DNA of 63,912 bases, the filler included, from Platydemus manokwari (taxonomy: Eukaryota): assembly GCA_037951405.1 (NCBI GenBank). It is 5 parts of 5 records of this genome, joined end to end, with 100 filler letters (N's around TTAATTAATTAA, not from the genome) between each part and the next. Parts side by side here need not be neighbours in the genome. Positions count along the whole stretch, not along the records: positions 26,827 to 41,384 come from JBBMOY011412534.1; positions 41,485 to 54,377 come from JBBMOY011921383.1; 3 more parts are not named here. One strand, 5' to 3'. Below are positions 39,701 through 53,789 of the stretch, one piece after another. Within the stretch, counting starts at the first letter, position 1, and each line of letters opens with the position of its first letter. A program made the translations under genes and the position numbers. The notes beneath the pieces were generated by a model that saw nothing but the letters and a program-made list of their open reading frames with translations, had not been told where the DNA came from and did not search any database.

Positions 39701-40802
39701 AAAAAAATTGACACAATGAAGAAAATTAATGAAGTGCGAAGGTATTCTGATGTGAATGGACTATGATTTTTACTCGTGCCCTTTTGTTTCCCGTGGTTTT
39801 GTGTTTAAATTTAGTAACTCTTAGTCACTCTCACAATTACCATTTTGATCATTCAGCTTTAGTAACTATTTTAACAGTTTATTTCTTCTTTTATATATTC
39901 TATATTCTGGTGGCAACATCATCTGCGGTCATTTCTTAATGTTATAATTTATTATATTTTTATTTAAGTATAATCCATTACGTCCGATATTGTTTGAGTT
40001 TACAGATTGTCGAAAAGTCTTATTTGGTCGAAATTGAAATGAATTTTTATCCGAAAATATAAATTAAAAAATTTTGCTGAGATTCTGACAATTTCAGCTT
40101 AATGCTATTTATATCAACTGATTTATGAAATTAATAATTAGATTTTATTGATTTTTTTAAATTCAATGTATGACTAACTAGTGAACAGATGACCTTTTAA
40201 ATTGGTTTGATTTATTTAATATAGATTTCATTGAAATGTGGTATTTTACTATTACAAATTATAAAATTAACTTTTTCTTTAGTCCTGTTCTAGTACTCGA
40301 ATAATTTAGAAACAATTACCCATGGTTAATTTGCCACATAAATCTAAAGATAGTTCAATAGGTCACTTGTTTAATCTCAAATCCTTCCCGTTGTATTTTT
40401 TATAAGAATTTCATTTACTAAATTGACTTTCTGATTTATTTTTTTCTGAAAATCTACCAGATTACTTTCCATTCGATGATCATCGGATTATCGATTAAAT
40501 TCTTGACAATAGGATAATTATCGTGTGAAATTGGTTATTCTTTTTATTTATCGTGGAAGTATTTTTGGAAAAAAAATTCTAGTGAATTTATTCTATTTAA
40601 TATTCAGATTCAAGTTAGATTTAATTGACCAACCTTTTAATTCAGCTTCTCTTGAGAAATGCTTAGAATTATGGCCGCGACTTGGTGAGTTCTATTTATT
40701 TTTATTTACAATTGCTTAGATGAATTGTTTATTATGGTGTTTTATCCAAAGCTACTTCCCAGCACATTTGAAATCGGACTAATTTATTTAACTAAATTTT
40801 AA
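33714..40802 (+). pseudogene. Putative multi-exon gene of unknown family with in-frame stops in many exons
   Basis: AG/GT-bounded segments with compatible phases: 33714-33894, 33931-34060, 34154-34181, 34374-34427, 34592-34802, 34847 onward, and terminal 40608-40684 and 40720-40802. The middle exons and their frames are ambiguous. Confidence 0.45.
35394..35799. mobile_element. Non-autonomous hAT (Charlie-type) MITE
   Basis: Left TIR CAGTGATTCTCAAA, degenerate right TIR TTTGGAAATCCATG, 8-bp TSD ATCTACAC / GTCTACAC. Confidence 0.75.
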
Positions 40803-41384
40803 AAGATAAAATATAAAATAATGGTTAAAATCAATAATTTTATATATTGGATCAAACCACTTTATTTCTTCCTTTACATTCTTCAACATATTGTAGGTTC
40901 TTTCAACATAAAACCTAATTTTATTTTGGATTAATTTTATTTTTCTGAAATCAACTGCCATTGTAAAATTCTTTTAGGAGGCATATGTGCAAATTTACAT
41001 TTTTTTATTCAGTCATAATGTGCTCTGATTTTTGTAGCTAATGTTTAATTGACACTGTACTCGAAAGAAATATTTATAATCACAATCGTCAAATTAAATA
41101 AACAATTTTGTTGTCATATTCTACTTTAATTGTCTAAGCATAATATATTGAATAACGAAAATTATTTTTAGTTTTTTTGCTGGTACATTGTAGAAAATCA
41201 CATTACATATAACTTGTGCTTATTATGTAAGCTATTTTCATTATAAAGTTGAACTTGATAAATATAATGTTACTATTTCTATTAATACCCTAATCGAAAA
41301 TTCATAAAATATTTACTATAGATAAATAGTAACTTATTTCGTTTAAAATATCACATCATTCGATATCAATATTCAATCTACTTT

Positions 41385-41484
41385 NNNNNNNNNNNNNNNN
41401 NNNNNNNNNNNNNNNNNNNNNNNNNNNNTTAATTAATTAANNNNNNNNNNNNNNNNNNNNNNNNNNNNNNNNNNNNNNNNNNNN
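41385..41484. other. Artificial contig linker
   Basis: N44-TTAATTAATTAA-N44. Confidence 0.98.
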
Positions 41485-41560
41485 ATACGACATTATATGC
41501 AAGCAATACTCCCAGCGACATCTTTTATCAAATCGAAATTTTAAGGTTATACACCCAATA
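41485..41560 (-). mobile_element. Tc1/mariner-like terminus at the contig start
   Basis: CGAAATTTTAAGGTTATACACCCAATA matches the reverse complement of the terminus at 12271-12297. Confidence 0.55.
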
Positions 41561-42786
41561 ATAAAACTAACAAGACCATGAGAAACAACAAATGATTTGT
41601 ATTTTTCAGCTAAATTTCTCCGAGTTATTTTCCTTATAAAACTGTCTTAATTGTATCCACATGTAATACTGTTATACAATTTCTATTCCTAGAAAATGAA
41701 TCACTAATCCCTCTCTAGATGGTTATTTCGTCAGTTGTGTTAATCTTTTGACAGTCAGATATCCAGGACCAGTCAGCAATTATCCAGTGATTGACTGACA
41801 AATTCGATGGCATTTAATCCGGAATTGATGGAACAGTGTATTTGTTTATCGATAAAATATTGTAATTATCCCTTATGGTATTTCAGATCAGCTAGTAGTT
41901 TCTGTGTGATACGTAGGAGTGTTGGATGAATTTTATATTCATTTAGTTTTTTTTTATGTTTTTTTCATTGTTTTTTTATTCGATTTTAAAATACAGATAT
42001 TACCGATTATTATTATTATTAATGGTTTTTATAAAAGTGACTTGTTATTAAAACCTGATTTTTAAAAGAAAATATGAATTGAATTTGTTGAAATGCTTAC
42101 ATCATAATTATATGTTTTCTGCGAGAAAGAATTTTTAGATATGGTGCAAAATTTAGATAGTCCTGAACTTATTAGATAGGTGAAAAGACCTAATAATATT
42201 TCATTATTCATTAATGCCGCTTATTACCTCAAAAGTCTCTAGAAATGTGTTTGATATAAAATAGATAGTTCGTGTCGTTTTTTAAAAAATTTTCTTGTTT
42301 GAAATCAAATATTAAATATATTACAGCTCTAACATTTCCCAAAACTCGATTATTTGAAAAAGGGGTCAAAGTAGGTCAAATTACAATTTATTGAAAATTA
42401 GTGTAAACTCCCTTTTCTAGCTAAAAGCAAATTGACAGATACTCTGAATTTTTCAAATTATTTTATAAAATGAGTAATATCAGATGATTAAATATCTCAG
42501 AAGTTTACCAAATCGAATTACAATTTTAGAAAATTTAAACTTACAAAATCAAAAAATCATAAGAAAGTGTTGTGGACAGAACAGGAAATTGGTTTAACAA
42601 TTATGTTTTGCACGTATTTGACATAAAGAGAGAGCAATCAACTGAATTATATGAATCAAATCTTAATTTCTTCTTATTTCTTTACCAAAATTCATTATAA
42701 AGAATAACGGTCAAAGTACCCCTTAAGTTGAATTCATTATTTTGTTAACGATTAAAATTATAACGATTACATTAATGCGGAGAACT

Positions 42787-42841
42787 ACCACTTTAATTTC
42801 TATCTGATAAATGTCGGAAATCGCATAGAAATTAAAGTGGT
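42787..42841. repeat. Perfect 17-bp inverted repeat with a 21-nt loop
   Basis: ACCACTTTAATTTCTAT ... ATAGAAATTAAAGTGGT. Confidence 0.85.
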
Positions 42842-45800
42842 TTTTAGTAGATTTTCATTCAAATATAGCAAATTAATATTAAAATCAATATAAATTCGAA
42901 CATCAATATTTTTATCATAATTCCAAATCTTGAACTGAAATTATCTATAAATAATCATTTTAAATGACTAATTGATCTTGTATCAAATAATGTGATCATG
43001 TTGGACTACTATTACTCCTCTTGTCTTGAGTTGCTAATGTTCGGAATAATTGAAACCACTGATTAACTATGGAGAAAGAACTGAAAAAATAAAAAAACAT
43101 TTAGTAAATTTTTTAATGTTGTCCCATGTACGCTTCCTGAGTGAGCTCAACATAGTTCAAACCATTTAAAAATCTCAAGTATTTAGGGCTGAACAGTTCC
43201 ATTCTAATTTTAAAATTCACTAAATTTTTAGTTGCATAGGACAGTAACGTACATTTGATCGATAAATAATTCATTACAGCAATATCTATAAAACTACACA
43301 AGCATTCTTCTCGGATTTTATTTATTTTCTCTAATTATATTAACGCTGAATGTATAATTTCACACTCTCACAGTCAGTCATAACTTCACCCATGCGTTCT
43401 ATGTTCCATATTTCGTGATAAGTTTATTGAATTATTAATTCAGTAAAACATATTACTTATTCTCTACGACCTTCAATCTATTTCACAAGGAATCCGCTTT
43501 TATATAAAATTTTGAGATTAAAATCAACTAGATTGACAAAATTATATAAAATTATATTTGTAATATTTAGTAAAACTTGATCAGAAATATATCAATTGGC
43601 TAGTACAAATATTTTTCTAGCTGTTTTAAGTTTTGTTTAACTGGTTTTGTATCGACTTGTTGATTGTGCTCTTAATATTTGGACTTTATGAAATTATTCT
43701 CTCTTTAATTCGTCTTTAGTACGTTCATTATACTTGTGTGTGACCATTGTTTGGTCGTGACAGCCTTAGACAATTATAAGAACATCGTAAAAAGAACAAA
43801 TGATGAGATAGTGTTTTGTCTAGATGTTTTTGATTATTTCCCCAGGACATTTTTCATTAGAAATAATTAACCTGATCTACTTGTTCTGATTATAATTTGT
43901 TGTATTATTAAATGGAACGATGAACATTTCGCCATTTTGTTACGCCAGTTCGCTTTCATAAAGCGGTCTTTTATTTTGATTAACTGTCAAAGCTCTATTC
44001 ACTAATGCCGACTCGGGTTGATAATAAAAATTCTTCCACTGTATAAGTCAAGATAAATTTTCAAAAACCGATTTCAAGTCGATATTTGTTATCGCTAATC
44101 TTGAATAAATATTTAAGTATTATGACATTTGTACCATGGTCACTGTTGTCGAATTTAATTCGGCTCCTAATAATCTCACTAAAATTTCCGACACTATTTA
44201 AATTAATTTAATGAAATAATATTGACAAGACAAACGGCGAAAATTGGCATCTTGGAAACAGTGTCTGAGCATGTTACATACTTAATTGCCAGCTAGAAAG
44301 ATAATCGACCAATCAAATGCCATATAGAGCGAAGATTTTAATTACATAACTTTTATGTTGTTTATCTGCTGTGTATTTTACTTTCTGACTCATTTCTTTG
44401 TGTGTCAGTATAATACACACATAAATATTAAGGCCGATTTAAAATCAAAACGCTAATCTCTTGTAAATCTTTTAATTTCAAAAAGGATTTAGGAAATAGT
44501 TTTAGAAAGTCTAATTTTGTTTCATTTTAATCTAATTTTTAGCTGCATGGATTATTTTGGAGAGACTTTTATTTATTGTTATCGGTTGGATTAGAGTTAT
44601 TACCAAGTCAGTAAAATTTTAGTCCTTCCCCACTAATCTTCAAAAAGAACAAAAACGGATCTATATCAATAGGAGTTTATACTCGAATATTACTATTAAT
44701 GAGAGCATTATAACGAATTAAGTAGTACCTCGTGTTATGAGAAATATCTTCTAGCACAAAATTGTTCACGGTCAACTTTTTGATGACAAATTATGAATTT
44801 CCCCTCCTGAGCCATATTTCTTGTCAAATGATCATAGTTAATGGATATTTTATATGAAACTCAATGAATATGAGGTTAGGAATCTATGAGTTTGGTCTCC
44901 AAGTTACTTTATAAAATAATAGTTTGTTACAAGTTCTGGTTGAGATTTCAATTCATTCTCGTCACATGATAGACCTCAGATTAAATCATGTTTCTTCAAA
45001 GAATATGGGCTCCATCATCTTACCATTTTAAGCAAATAATCGTGATTCTCTTTTCAGATTAATTTCCACATTTCAGACTAAAAATCCATCTGTAAAACCA
45101 AGTTTACATCCAAAAAATATTAATTTTCATATCGGAAATAAGACTCCTGAGTCACAATTATTGTCAAAGCTTTAATCCCTGGAAATATTTTCAAAAGATT
45201 TTGACGGAGAAAGTAAGCAATTATTTTTTCATTTTAAAAGATTAAAAGGATATATTTACAGCTGCATTTGGAATCTTTTCGAAAATATTCATAATTAATT
45301 TCTCTAAAAAAATATATTTTTTCAAAACATGTTTCAATTCATTGTAAAATTTTTTTGTATACCAGACATTCAAACTTTTCTCTGACTCAACATTTTCCCT
45401 ACATGTCTTATACACATTTTAGTATGGAATAAGTGCGTTTTTTCTAAAAGAGGATGGCAATCCAAAAATGAACACACCTACATTTGACTAACGAGCTCAC
45501 TCATCACTAATTTACATACGTGTGTCCGGAATTTGATAAGGAATTTTAATTATCACACTAGCAACATAAACCTGAAATATACAGAATCCATGACTAATGG
45601 TAAATCAATAAATTCAATCAAGGTTTTGAAAAATTGATTATTGAATCAAAGCTTAGTACACAAAACACATGCAACCCTACAATAATGAATTACATTGAAA
45701 GTATAGCCTATTACTAATTGTGAGCTGATATAGCGACTATAGTCTTTTTGTTTGTTATATTGTAGTCTGAAAGCCGATTAGTGTGAAGTGAATTTTCATT

Positions 45801-48800
45801 ATATTAAGAACCAATTGAAAAAAACCGAAAAGAACATTTGCACATGCTTGGGTTCTTTAATGCTTAGCATTTAGTTTAGTTTCATAAAAAGTCTTAAATT
45901 ATTGTCATGGTTTTTAATACCAAAATATCACTATCTAAAGTAAATGTGAATAACATGTGCCGCAAAAACAACAAATGACATTTTAAATGCTAATTTAAAT
46001 CTATTTCATCACAACATTTAATGAAATTAAAAAAATATATTGATTTTCTACAATTTTAACATAAATATATATTTTTTATTAAAAAATTTTATTTAAAATC
46101 GTTCGACAAATTTCACGTGTATAATTTTAATTTCTATCAATGTGAATGGACCTAAATAAAACCCCATATGACCTTTTCTGAATAAACCCAACTAATCTAT
46201 TAGCCATAAACCCGAAATCTAAACAGTGCATTAAAGTCCCTAACAACTAGGATTAAATGGTATCGTTTCATTTACCTGATACATTAACCAGTGCAAAACC
46301 GTATACACAAACTCAATCTATTTATCCCTTGTGTATTTCTGAAAATCTGAGCGCAAAACTCATATGGTATAAATCCATCATATCGATGGAAATCACTGTT
46401 TTGTATGTTAGCAGAATATATGCTACTTTAATGAATTTAGTCAATTTTGAAAGCCAGCTAATTGATGAAATATTAAAGTAATACGTTGACAATAACTATC
46501 CAATTCAAATAGGTCAACAAATAATAAAAAAGATATTAGGCAACTAATAATTTACATCAAAACTAAATATTAATAAATATCACAACGAGGTAAAGAAATA
46601 TCTTTAATATTTTATATTAGAAACTAAAATAATTATTTTTAAAATCATCTGACAGACTTCCCGGGGCAAGTATAAATAAAAGTGTCATCCCTATGAGGAA
46701 TTTAACGAAAATTGTAATGGATTTTATAATCTCTTAATTAAACTTCGAGCGATTAACAAAACTCTATACGATAAATTGATTGATGTGAGACTAAAGGTTA
46801 CAGTAATGACAATTGAATTAATATAAAGGTTATAAAACAAATTAATATTATTACTTATCGTCATATCTAAACTTAGAAAATGTCTACAACAGGATGCGAA
46901 CATGAACTTTTTCATACGAGTTTAACTATCATGAGGAAAGCCGTGATAGCTAATATATTCAATTAGTTATTTGACAATGCGGTTTTTATTATCAAATTTA
47001 AGCATAATATGCTTTTAATAAACTTATTAATATATCAATGCCGTATTGATTTATCAAATATGAAATACAATCAATCAAACCGTAAATCAGTTGTTTGAAA
47101 TTAATGTTTTCATACTGCTGATATTCGAGATATTCAAACATTAAAATATGGGATGTACATGGTTCTTTCTTTCGATCGATCTATGAATCACAGTTAGCTA
47201 GTTCAATCATACAATGCAGTTCAACATTTCAATCAAGATTAAAATTATTCCTGAGTATTTTATCATTTTGATATGGCTCTACCACATAAAATAATACGAT
47301 AGTTGAATAGATGATAATATTTAATGTAGCTGAGATTGTAAAAATCAAATTGATGTTTATTATTATGAAGATTAAGGTTAGTTTTGTCTCTAATAATTTT
47401 ATATTTTTATAAATCTATACCGGTTGTAGCGTGATAATTAACTTATCATTAAATTATATAATTCTCTCAAATGGGTTCCAGAATTCAAAATGAAGTGACT
47501 AAATATGAATCTGAGGGAAATGGTCAATTAATTGTTGTCAATAATAGATAACTAAGCAATAAACAAAACGAAAAAATTAAAAGCGGCTGACTTTAAGAGT
47601 GAGCGCTAATCGAATTATCTATTTTCATATTATTGATATCGTTTACCCAAGACATAAAATCGCACATAAAATTCAATCTAATTCGATTTTCTGATATATC
47701 TGTTATTGTTCCATAAGTCGACTATTGATTTTATTTTTATATTTCTCATAATCATTATAGTTTCTATCAATTAACTTTCAATTAGTTTCGATTATTATCG
47801 ATTATTTAAAATTTTATGATAATTATTAATGTTGCTTTATAACATTCATTATTTTTAATCGATTAATTTAATTATTTTAAATATAATCAATAACAATTGA
47901 TAAAAAAATTGAAATCACTTAAATCTAATTCAAAAATAAATCATATTCAAAGTCTTGTATAAAATTCTAATGGTCACATCAATTGTTCGAATGGGAATGC
48001 ATCTAAAAAGTCATTTACAGACAAAACAAAATTTTGATTTTGTAAAACAAAATTTTAATGGATATAGAATCGTATAACAATTAATTTGAAAAACTGAAAT
48101 AATATGTAATTTCTTTTAAAAAAAAATCATAAAAATTCAAGCTTCGATGCATGTAAACCCTAATTAAAAGCTCGAGCAATGAAGAATACAGTAACAAAAT
48201 GCTGTAGAAAAGATTAGATGAAAAAATATTATAACCGTAAATATACATGAAATAAAGCGACATCGAAATCGGATTAAATGCTAAAGATTATTTAAATATT
48301 ATTTTTTCATATTAATTCTTCGTCTTTTATCTTTTCAATTTCCTTTGGTGTCATGACAATCTTAATGTAAGACTTTCATCATCCCAGTGCCGCTCTTTTC
48401 ACGAGATAGATTCGATTTTTTCCACGACTGAGGAGATCAACAACAGAATAGTGGAAAATATGTAAGTATAAACATCTGATTTCGATCAGAAACTCTTCGA
48501 GTAAATTCAATTATTGGTAAGTATTCTCTTTCGTTTATGTTTCAATTAAGTAGTCGTACCGAAAGAAATCTCTTCAAAAGGCAATCAATATCATTAATTT
48601 AATACATGTGAACGACTTTATCATGCTTTGAATATTCTTTTCAATTACCTGAAACAAGAATTAATAAATACATAACGATATTAATAAAATATAAAGTAGT
48701 TCATTACTGGGTCACGAATGAAAATATATCTGCTTATTTATTACGACAAAGAAGTTGGATTGACAATTGACTTAAGTCACATAGTTACGATTCGTTAAAA

Positions 48801-49559
48801 TAAATAATTATCAGAAATCAATATATGCATTTACTAAAATGGCGATATTAATAATAATAATAATGATTATAGTTTGGCGTCATCTCTCAACATCATGTCA
48901 AATGCAAATGATAATTCCTTTTGATTAAATCTTTCGTTGTCTGGAACCATTTATCAGCATCTTGGATTGATGAATCGATAAATAACGGTTTCAGATTATC
49001 TCTTTCTGGTTTAGCTTTAGGCAGAGCGTTAATTTCGATGTGGTTGGCAGTAAAAACATAAGTTGCTTCCATCAATATTTTATTTTTATTGTAAAAATCT
49101 CATTTTTATCTAACTTATATATTTATAAGACAACGAGAGAATATCCCGCCTTGAAAATGCAACAAGGTCAAATTTTGACAATTTTTTAAATATTAAAATT
49201 GTATCGATTATACTGTTTTTTGAAATTTTTGAAAAATTCTTCCCATTGATCCCCTAATTTTTTTTAACCCACGTAGGCCCCTTGCAGGTCTTCATCGACC
49301 ATTGGAAGGTCGATATGGACCATTTCGGTAATCACTGGTTTAATAAAATTTACCCGTAACAAAAGATAGACAATTGATAATTTTGTGTATGTGATTATCT
49401 TATTCCGAATCCTTAGATGAAAAGCCTTTTGGGCCTTAATTGTGTTTTAAATATATCGAATTATTTCGAAGATCAGAGCATGAGATGGAAATATTTAAAT
49501 TATTTTAGACTAAATCAGAACTTATTTTGACTCAGCTCTGTCTATGACTTTCAATTTCT

Positions 49560-49830
49560 AATGTCCCAAATAAACCTTACAAGTATCTTCACTTTTGAAT
49601 TTATAGTAAGGGTTTCAAACAAAATCATATACGGCAAGGCTGAAGAAGAGCACCGAGAAAGAGTTCCATCTATACTGCACAAATGCTCTCGAAAACTTAC
49701 AACAAATCTGTGAAAAAGCATGTAGAATAGGAACATTCTAGAATATGAGCATATTGAGCATTGCTAAAAGGTGAAGATAAAATGAAACAAAGATCAAGAT
49801 AGGTGCCTCGACGCTCTGATGAAGTACCCT
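49560..49830 (+). mobile_element. Short decayed Gypsy RT fragment
   Basis: KIIYGKAEEEHRERVPSILHKCSRKLTTNL*KS resembles the helix following YxDD (ILIYGKTEEEHxxRL...LTLNxEKC). Confidence 0.55.
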
Positions 49831-51293
49831 CAGCAATGCATTCAGCAGTGTTAAAAGTTCCAGCATGACCTTCAAGAGCGAGAAAATATAAGGACAAAAA
49901 CCGAACAACAAAATGTACTGTTCTCTTTCTTCATTATCTTAATGTTTAAAAATATTAACAAGTATTGATTTGTATATATTTATAAAATGTAATAAAATAT
50001 TTTAATCAATATTTATGTGCAAAATAATAATTTAACAATTTTTAGATAAATGTATGGGTACTTATAGTGTAGCTTGAGACAGAAATATTTAACACCATAA
50101 ACGGTTATAATATTACTATTATAAAGCATAAAATAGTCCGAATTATGACAAATTAAAATGATATGCTATCATTAGTTATAAAAAATCAAATTTTTAATAT
50201 AATCTATGGCCTAAAAATTAAATAATCATATTTAAAATAAGACGATATAATAAAGTCGGACAAAAATCATGATCACTATATGACTTAATATAGTCACAAA
50301 GAGAAAGTAGGTCATAGAAAGCGAATTGATGACCACATTCATCAGAAATTTTAAAAATATAAACAAATAAATAACATGATTTCTATTGGCTGGTAGTGTG
50401 CAGATCTGAAAACCACTTAAAATACACATCGAAAGATCTGGATAATCACTAACAAAACATAAACAGAAAATTCTGTGTACATTTGAAAGTTTACAAGCCA
50501 AGTATTTCTATTACACAGCTGCGAAATCAATTATTGGTTCTTTTAAACATATTCTAAATTCTTTACCTAAAATCTTTAGGGTCCAAAAAGTAACTATCGC
50601 TCGAAGAGGTATCCATATCATAGCATCAAAATCACAATTGATTCAAATTAAGTTCGTGTTTCTGCTAATCGAATTAAATGACTTTTGATTTGAGTTTGAA
50701 TGTCAGCTATTTTGTAGTAAGATTATCTAATATGCAGAGTCGTACGGTTATCAGAAAGCGAAATGCCAGATCCATTAACTCATTTGACGAGTATTGGAGG
50801 AATCATGTAAATCTTGTTTTATAGATTTCCACATTGCACTGAATGGTTATTGTAAGCCGCTACTATTTTATAAACCACACTTTAAAATCAAACAAAAAAA
50901 GTCAAGACACAATCAATCTATTTTAAATCGAAATATTTAAACAAAAATTTTTAATTTTACATTAATTTAATTTTTTAGAAAATTAAAATTAAATCTGAAT
51001 AAAATTTGAATTAAATGTGAATTAAAATTGTTTTGAATTAAATTGAAATTTAATTCATATAAAATATCTCACAGTTATAATAGGTTTCTTGTCATGGTCG
51101 TTAATTGTGAATCAAAGTATCATTTATTCAACGAGACTTATCGATAAGCGATATTGTGAATGATAATTAGAATTTTATATTTAGTAGGAATAAATATAAA
51201 ATTGATTACAGAACTCACGTTATTGATTCGTAACTAACTAAAATCATCAAGACACAACAGACGGATATGGTATTTACATTTATATTTCATTAT

Positions 51294-51764
51294 CTAAATA
51301 CAAAATTTAAATGGTATAAACGCTTTAGAATCATTAATATCATCTAAAGTCATCAATGCGTGCTTTGCTGACAAAAAGTATTGGGAAATGTGAAAAAATA
51401 TTAAGACACAGCATTTGTAATCTTTCTTCCATATTGCAAAAAATGCAGACAACACAGTGCAAATCAAAATGATATTAACCAATATTAATTCCACGTGAAT
51501 AGAATAAATGAAAAATGACATCCCTTTATTCCTATAATATTTCAGACTGATAATACCGAATACCAATAAAATTGGTCCCGTAAAAAATCCAATATAAAAC
51601 ATATTTTTACCGATAGCTGAGGTAATAATCTCAACCGTCACCAATAAGAAACCAATAAATATTGTTGCCATGGAATACGATTTGTGACTACATATATATT
51701 TTGATTGTCTTTCAGACTCTATGTCTTCGGAACTGCTCATAATGAAATCATTCATTGAATTCAT
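51294..51764 (-). CDS. Small four-TM protein, MS4A/CD20-like
   Basis: Four hydrophobic segments. YIGFFTGPILLVFGIISL resembles the CD20-family TM2 pattern. The family call is tentative. Confidence 0.55.
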   Translation of the reverse strand: MNSMNDFIMSSSEDIESERQSKYICSHKSYSMATIFIGFLLVTVEIITSAIGKNMFYIGFFTGPILLVFGIISLKYYRNKGMSFFIYSIHVELILVNIILICTVLSAFFAIWKKDYKCCVLIFFHISQYFLSAKHALMTLDDINDSKAFIPFKFCI

Positions 51765-53789
51765 GCTGGATTGAAAAACAATGCCATGTAAAAATAAATA
51801 AATAGCTATCGACTAATTATCCTTATCACAAAATATGAGTGGGTCCGAAGGTTATTTTAGGTATTCAGCAGATTTGAATAGTAATGATATATTTTGTACT
51901 TCATCGAAATAAAAATCATTGACATTATTTCAAAGTTATTTATAGTCATTTTTTATTGTCTTTTAAGTGAATAAGAATATTTATTGAACAATTTTTCAAA
52001 TCAAGATGTACTACTCAGATTTAATAAAAAAAATAACAGATTACCTATGGTGATTTATGAATTTCATCATTTTGAGCATGTATTTTATCACCCATGAAAC
52101 GTAAAAGATCTTTTTCTAACCCATAATAATATTTTTTAATGTTTATTGCGAAGAGAACTTTTATTATTAGAATTTGTAATTGTATTATTATAAATAACTT
52201 TTAAAATCTTTTACTAATATTAATTCCATTCAAATTTTCTATTCATCTGTTTACTGCAAAAAAGTGGAGAGTCGAAGCTAATAACATTTTAAAAATGAGT
52301 GAGTTTTTCCACAACCTGAACTTCCAAAAATTGATGTTCTAAAAGAAAATGAATTTTTTCATGGTTATTGATTTTTATTTTATTTTGATTCCAATATACG
52401 CCATTCATAAACTATAAAAATGAGGAGTTAAAAGTTTTTGTGAATTTTTTAATGAATAAATTTCAAAATCTAATAAATGAAAACACGAAACAGCTAAATC
52501 TCATACATCAAATGCGAGCACAAATAATAGTAGAACAAGAGATACACCTATCTCTGGCAGAAATTTGCAAAATTAAAGTTCAATAAAAATAAATTCATAA
52601 ATTCTCATAAAACTATAAGTGATATTACTATAATTGATACTGATATTGATAGCATATACAATAATAATCTAGTATTACTTCAAATAGAGTTATAGAAAAT
52701 GACTGTTATAGTGTCTCCTTCATCTGGTAATAAATAATAAGAGTACGATTAAATGTATGAATAATACGAGTATAAAAATGAATAAAGTACGAATGGTACG
52801 ACTCACAACAACCAATAAAAAACAATACATATTAAAATAAATTTTCAACTGAGTGTCAGACTGGAGGATTTCATTTTAAAAGTTTAAATTCTTTAAATAA
52901 ATAGAATCCTGGAACCAATCTTCAAGAACATTAAAAAAATTATGACATGATTACTAATAATTATAACGTTATTCATCTTTATTACAAACATCATATCTCA
53001 TTTTGTTTTTTTGTTTTTTCACCGTTATCGGGGTGTTCTGAGAGAGATCCAAAAATTATTTTTAATTTTAGAGTGATTTGAATGATACAAGTACGAGTAC
53101 GAAATTTATTTAGCAGAATTATTATTTTTATTTGTTACGTTTAATATTATTTATTTGTTATATTTAATATTTTATTTATAAAATTTATAAAAAATTTATC
53201 AAAATTATTAATAATTTTATTGATTTTGAATTCATTTATTATTAACTTTTTCATCATATTTATTTTTTATTGAAAAGTATATCAAATTAATTTTTTTATT
53301 TAAAGTTTGTCAGATTTCCTACATAAAACAATAAAATTGGTATAAAAACCCTAAAATTAAAAAAAACCCAAAAATATGATTTGCTTAAGCTGTTTTGCAG
53401 GTTCTTAGGATATTGCAATTTTTTAAATATAACCTTTCTGTTTGACGGACTGATAATTCATACTATCTTATTGTGGGGGTTCTGGCCCAACTAGTTACTT
53501 AAAAAAAACAATCGATTTACATTGAAAAATGTGTGCATGACAGTACGTATCAAATTTGTATTAATGTTTACTGTATTAATTTTTATTTTTATCTATGTGT
53601 ATTTTTATGACCCTCGTTTTCTGGAGAAAAAACCAGTTTAAAATATTGGTATTTATAATAATCATTATTTATATACGTAAAATAATATTTCCAATAAAAT
53701 CCCCAATGGAAAACCCGTTGAAATCTTCTAAAGAAAATAAATTAATTTATAAAATATTAACATGCAATGAGATATCGCGCATTAACAGA

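Noticed and set aside
33714-40802. Genome-wide stop-codon reassignment (TAA/TAG as Gln)
   Set aside because: Conserved genes in the window have long stop-free frames and terminate at TAA, and all three stop types occur in the decayed exons.
12271-41560. Matching mariner-like TIRs at 12271 and 41560 read as one giant transposon
   Set aside because: They are on different contigs separated by linkers; contigs simply break at copies of a repeat.
37640-46491. Further LTR-like stretches (about 37640-37925, 39751 onward, 46141-46491)
   Set aside because: Termini and TSDs could not be confirmed.
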